From Rhizodiscina lignyota (Eukaryota): DNA of 64,000 nucleotides. How positions within the stretch are numbered: position 1 is the first letter of the stretch; each line of letters begins with the position of its first letter. Shown here piece by piece: positions 61,963-64,000 of this stretch. The notes beneath the pieces are model-generated. The model was not told where the DNA came from, did no database searches, and worked only from the letters and a program-made list of their open reading frames with translations. The stretch lies in assembly GCA_010015805.1 (NCBI GenBank), contig ML978125.1, positions 1 to 64,000 of the forward strand. The letters are read 5' to 3'. The translations under genes were made by a program, and so were the position numbers.

Positions 61963-64000
61963 TTATCGCTTGACATTGGTGCCCCGCTCCTCTTCCTTGA
62001 TGAGCAGCAGTACGACTTTGAAGAAGTTGTTGGAAATGCCCCAGACAGGCATCTTCTCCAGTAACGTGGCCGTCTGTTCCAGAATCTCAAAGCGACCTTC
62101 AAGAGTCACAAGATCAGGGATCCCATAAAGAGTGATAGCATATTCGCCACCTTGCTCAACCCATTCAGTTGACAAGTCGAACTGCAGGTCACCTGCCTCG
62201 CCGAGGCTATCAATTTGAATTGCTGGTCGCAGCCCGGAGATGGTATTGACAGGAGGTAAGAGATGAGCCATACACCAGAGTGCGACCCCCGCCCAGAAAG
62301 CATTATAGCTTTCCGCTGGGTGATTAAACGGATATTCTCTGACAAGAGCAAGCATCTGCGCACTGTGGAATGCAACGTCTCTAACTCTCCGCGAATTCTC
62401 CGAGCCCCATTTAACCATTCGAGCGCGTGCGGCCGTGTGTGTCCCACTGCTGCGAGCCAGAGTGTGTAGCCAGTCTAACAGATCTCCAGCGCCAGTTAAG
62501 TGTGACATGTGGACGATCTGGTTGATTTCCACACTGCTTCGCATAGTAGTATTTCTCTTCCCTTCCCTTTTCGCAGTTGGGGATGAAAGGAAGCGGTCCA
62601 ACTGCTTAAGCAGATTGAGTTTTCCGTCACCCATTGGCCACGCCTCCGGAGCAAGATCATGTGTAGGTGAGCTTTCAAGTTCTTTCAGAGACCAAATGAA
62701 TCTTGCGAATGTCGTTGCAATTATGTACTGGTGTTGGGTGCCACCAGTCAAGGGTTTCTCGGATGGCTCGTTTGCGTACATGCTACGCATTGCGTTGCGG
62801 AACGGGACGGCCTGTGGTCCATTGTCACTCCAGGGGTGGAGTGCCATCCATGCTTGCGCAGATTCGGCTTCCCAAAGGGCGATCTCAGAGGGTAAACCAA
62901 GTGACAACTCGCCGACCACGATTGACGGTCGTCGGTTGTGCAAATAGCTGACGGAAGCATCATATTGCTGAAAAAAAGTCAGCTTCAACTCGTGCGTGCA
63001 GAGAACTCTTAGACGGGTATCATACATAGACAGCCCAGCCCAGACGGCGGTGCTGTTCCTTTGCTAACCAGGCCTCCCACCGACTCTGTTCAGATGCATG
63101 TGCTTCCAACGTAAATTCTGCTGGTTCCTGGAAGAGGCCCATCGCTCTGGCGTTGTGAACGAGAGACATTCGAAAGCGCTCACTCATGTCGAAAAGGCGC
63201 TTGCTGCCGTTGCAAAAACCATATGACCCTTGTAAAGCTTGTGCAGCAATATATTGATACGTTCTGGTGAGACGAGTTTCGCTCTCGCCCTTGATAGCGA
63301 AGCATCAGCGTTGAAGCCAGAAACCTCGGACCTAGTTACGTACCATGAACAAAAGCAGTCGGCGATTGAGCTCAGACAAGCAATGTGCAAAGGGTTTTGC
63401 GCCTTCAAAATTCGTGAAGCATGCGCCAATAGATGCCATTGCAAGCACGAGAGGAACGCAGTCTTGACTGGAGGCGTCGAATGTCGGCCGGTGTACGAAT
63501 GCAATTCCCTGCGAAGAAACTATTAGTCAAGTTGATAAATCAAACAGCGCTTAATCCTGGGGCCCCCACCAAGTGAAACCGAGCAAAGAACAAGTCAATA
63601 CAGTAATTAAGCATTTCCGTAGTTGGGAAATTCGCCAGTGAGACGGTGCCCCAGGGAGGGCGCCCCAGAGAGGAGCCAAGCACCCTTTGGATGTCATCTC
63701 GGGCTTGAGGTAGAATTGGGCGCTTTTGAAAAGATCCCGTCACTCGAGGTGGTACTTCGTCAGGTCGGGCCAGTGGTGGAAGTGGCTTCCCTTCCGGAAG
63801 TGGCTCTGCATTCCACGCCATCGGCCAAGGGTCTTCAGCAGGGATATTCGAAGTGAATGCTTTTAACTTTTCCTTGGGTTCGTCGTTTTGAGGCCCTCTC
63901 TCAACCTTGAAATCCAGACTGCTGAAATGCGTTGCAGTTGGATTGTCTTGGAGATCAGGTAGAGATTGAAAATTCGCCAGAAACTCGGGCGAAGAGCCAA
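61963..64000 (-). CDS. Fungal-specific transcription factor (Fungal_trans/middle homology region); 5' end outside the window
   Basis: FPT.E.L..CIDLFF..F, F.HRPTF, L.LAMA.IGA, W.AW...E..RRLGWA, YDASVSYL..RRP and LP....LWEA.SA..W. The DNA-binding domain is not in the window. Confidence 0.8.

Overview
Eukaryotic DNA from a filamentous ascomycete (Pezizomycotina): short GT-AG introns with CTRAC branch points, plus clear repeat-induced point mutation (RIP). There are two compartments. (1) About 1-16.4 kb is a TpA-rich, CpA/TpG-depleted RIP block with no intact genes, but it can be read on the minus strand by reverting RIP changes by hand. It holds a head-to-tail array of three copies (1-1755, 1756-5923, 5924-9207) of a telomere-linked-helicase (TLH)-type element. 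Each copy starts at the same nucleotide beside a conserved palindrome and encodes a DUF3505 zinc-finger region. The longest copy continues into a segment whose motifs line up with the tyrosine-recombinase R-K-(H)xRH-H-Y catalytic set. The two copies fully in view are truncated before the helicase. A second, unrelated element (about 9.2-16.4 kb) carries a long relic ORF of an uncharacterised fungal family with motifs resembling Rep_trans rolling-circle initiators, plus iterated direct and inverted repeats at its right end. (2) About 16.7-64 kb is ordinary gene-dense sequence: sugar porter, alpha/beta hydrolase, DUF6540-like protein, HUL4-like HECT ligase, membrane protein, DMAC1-like protein, PLP dehydratase/racemase, CDC45, Zn-ADH, CCDC124/Lso2-like protein, Crz1-like C2H2 paralog, MFS transporter, LysM protein, HET protein, APAH-like deacetylase, FAD oxidase, enoyl-reductase-like protein and a partial fungal transcription factor, plus F-box relics. 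All family calls come from motif recognition by eye; no searches were run.
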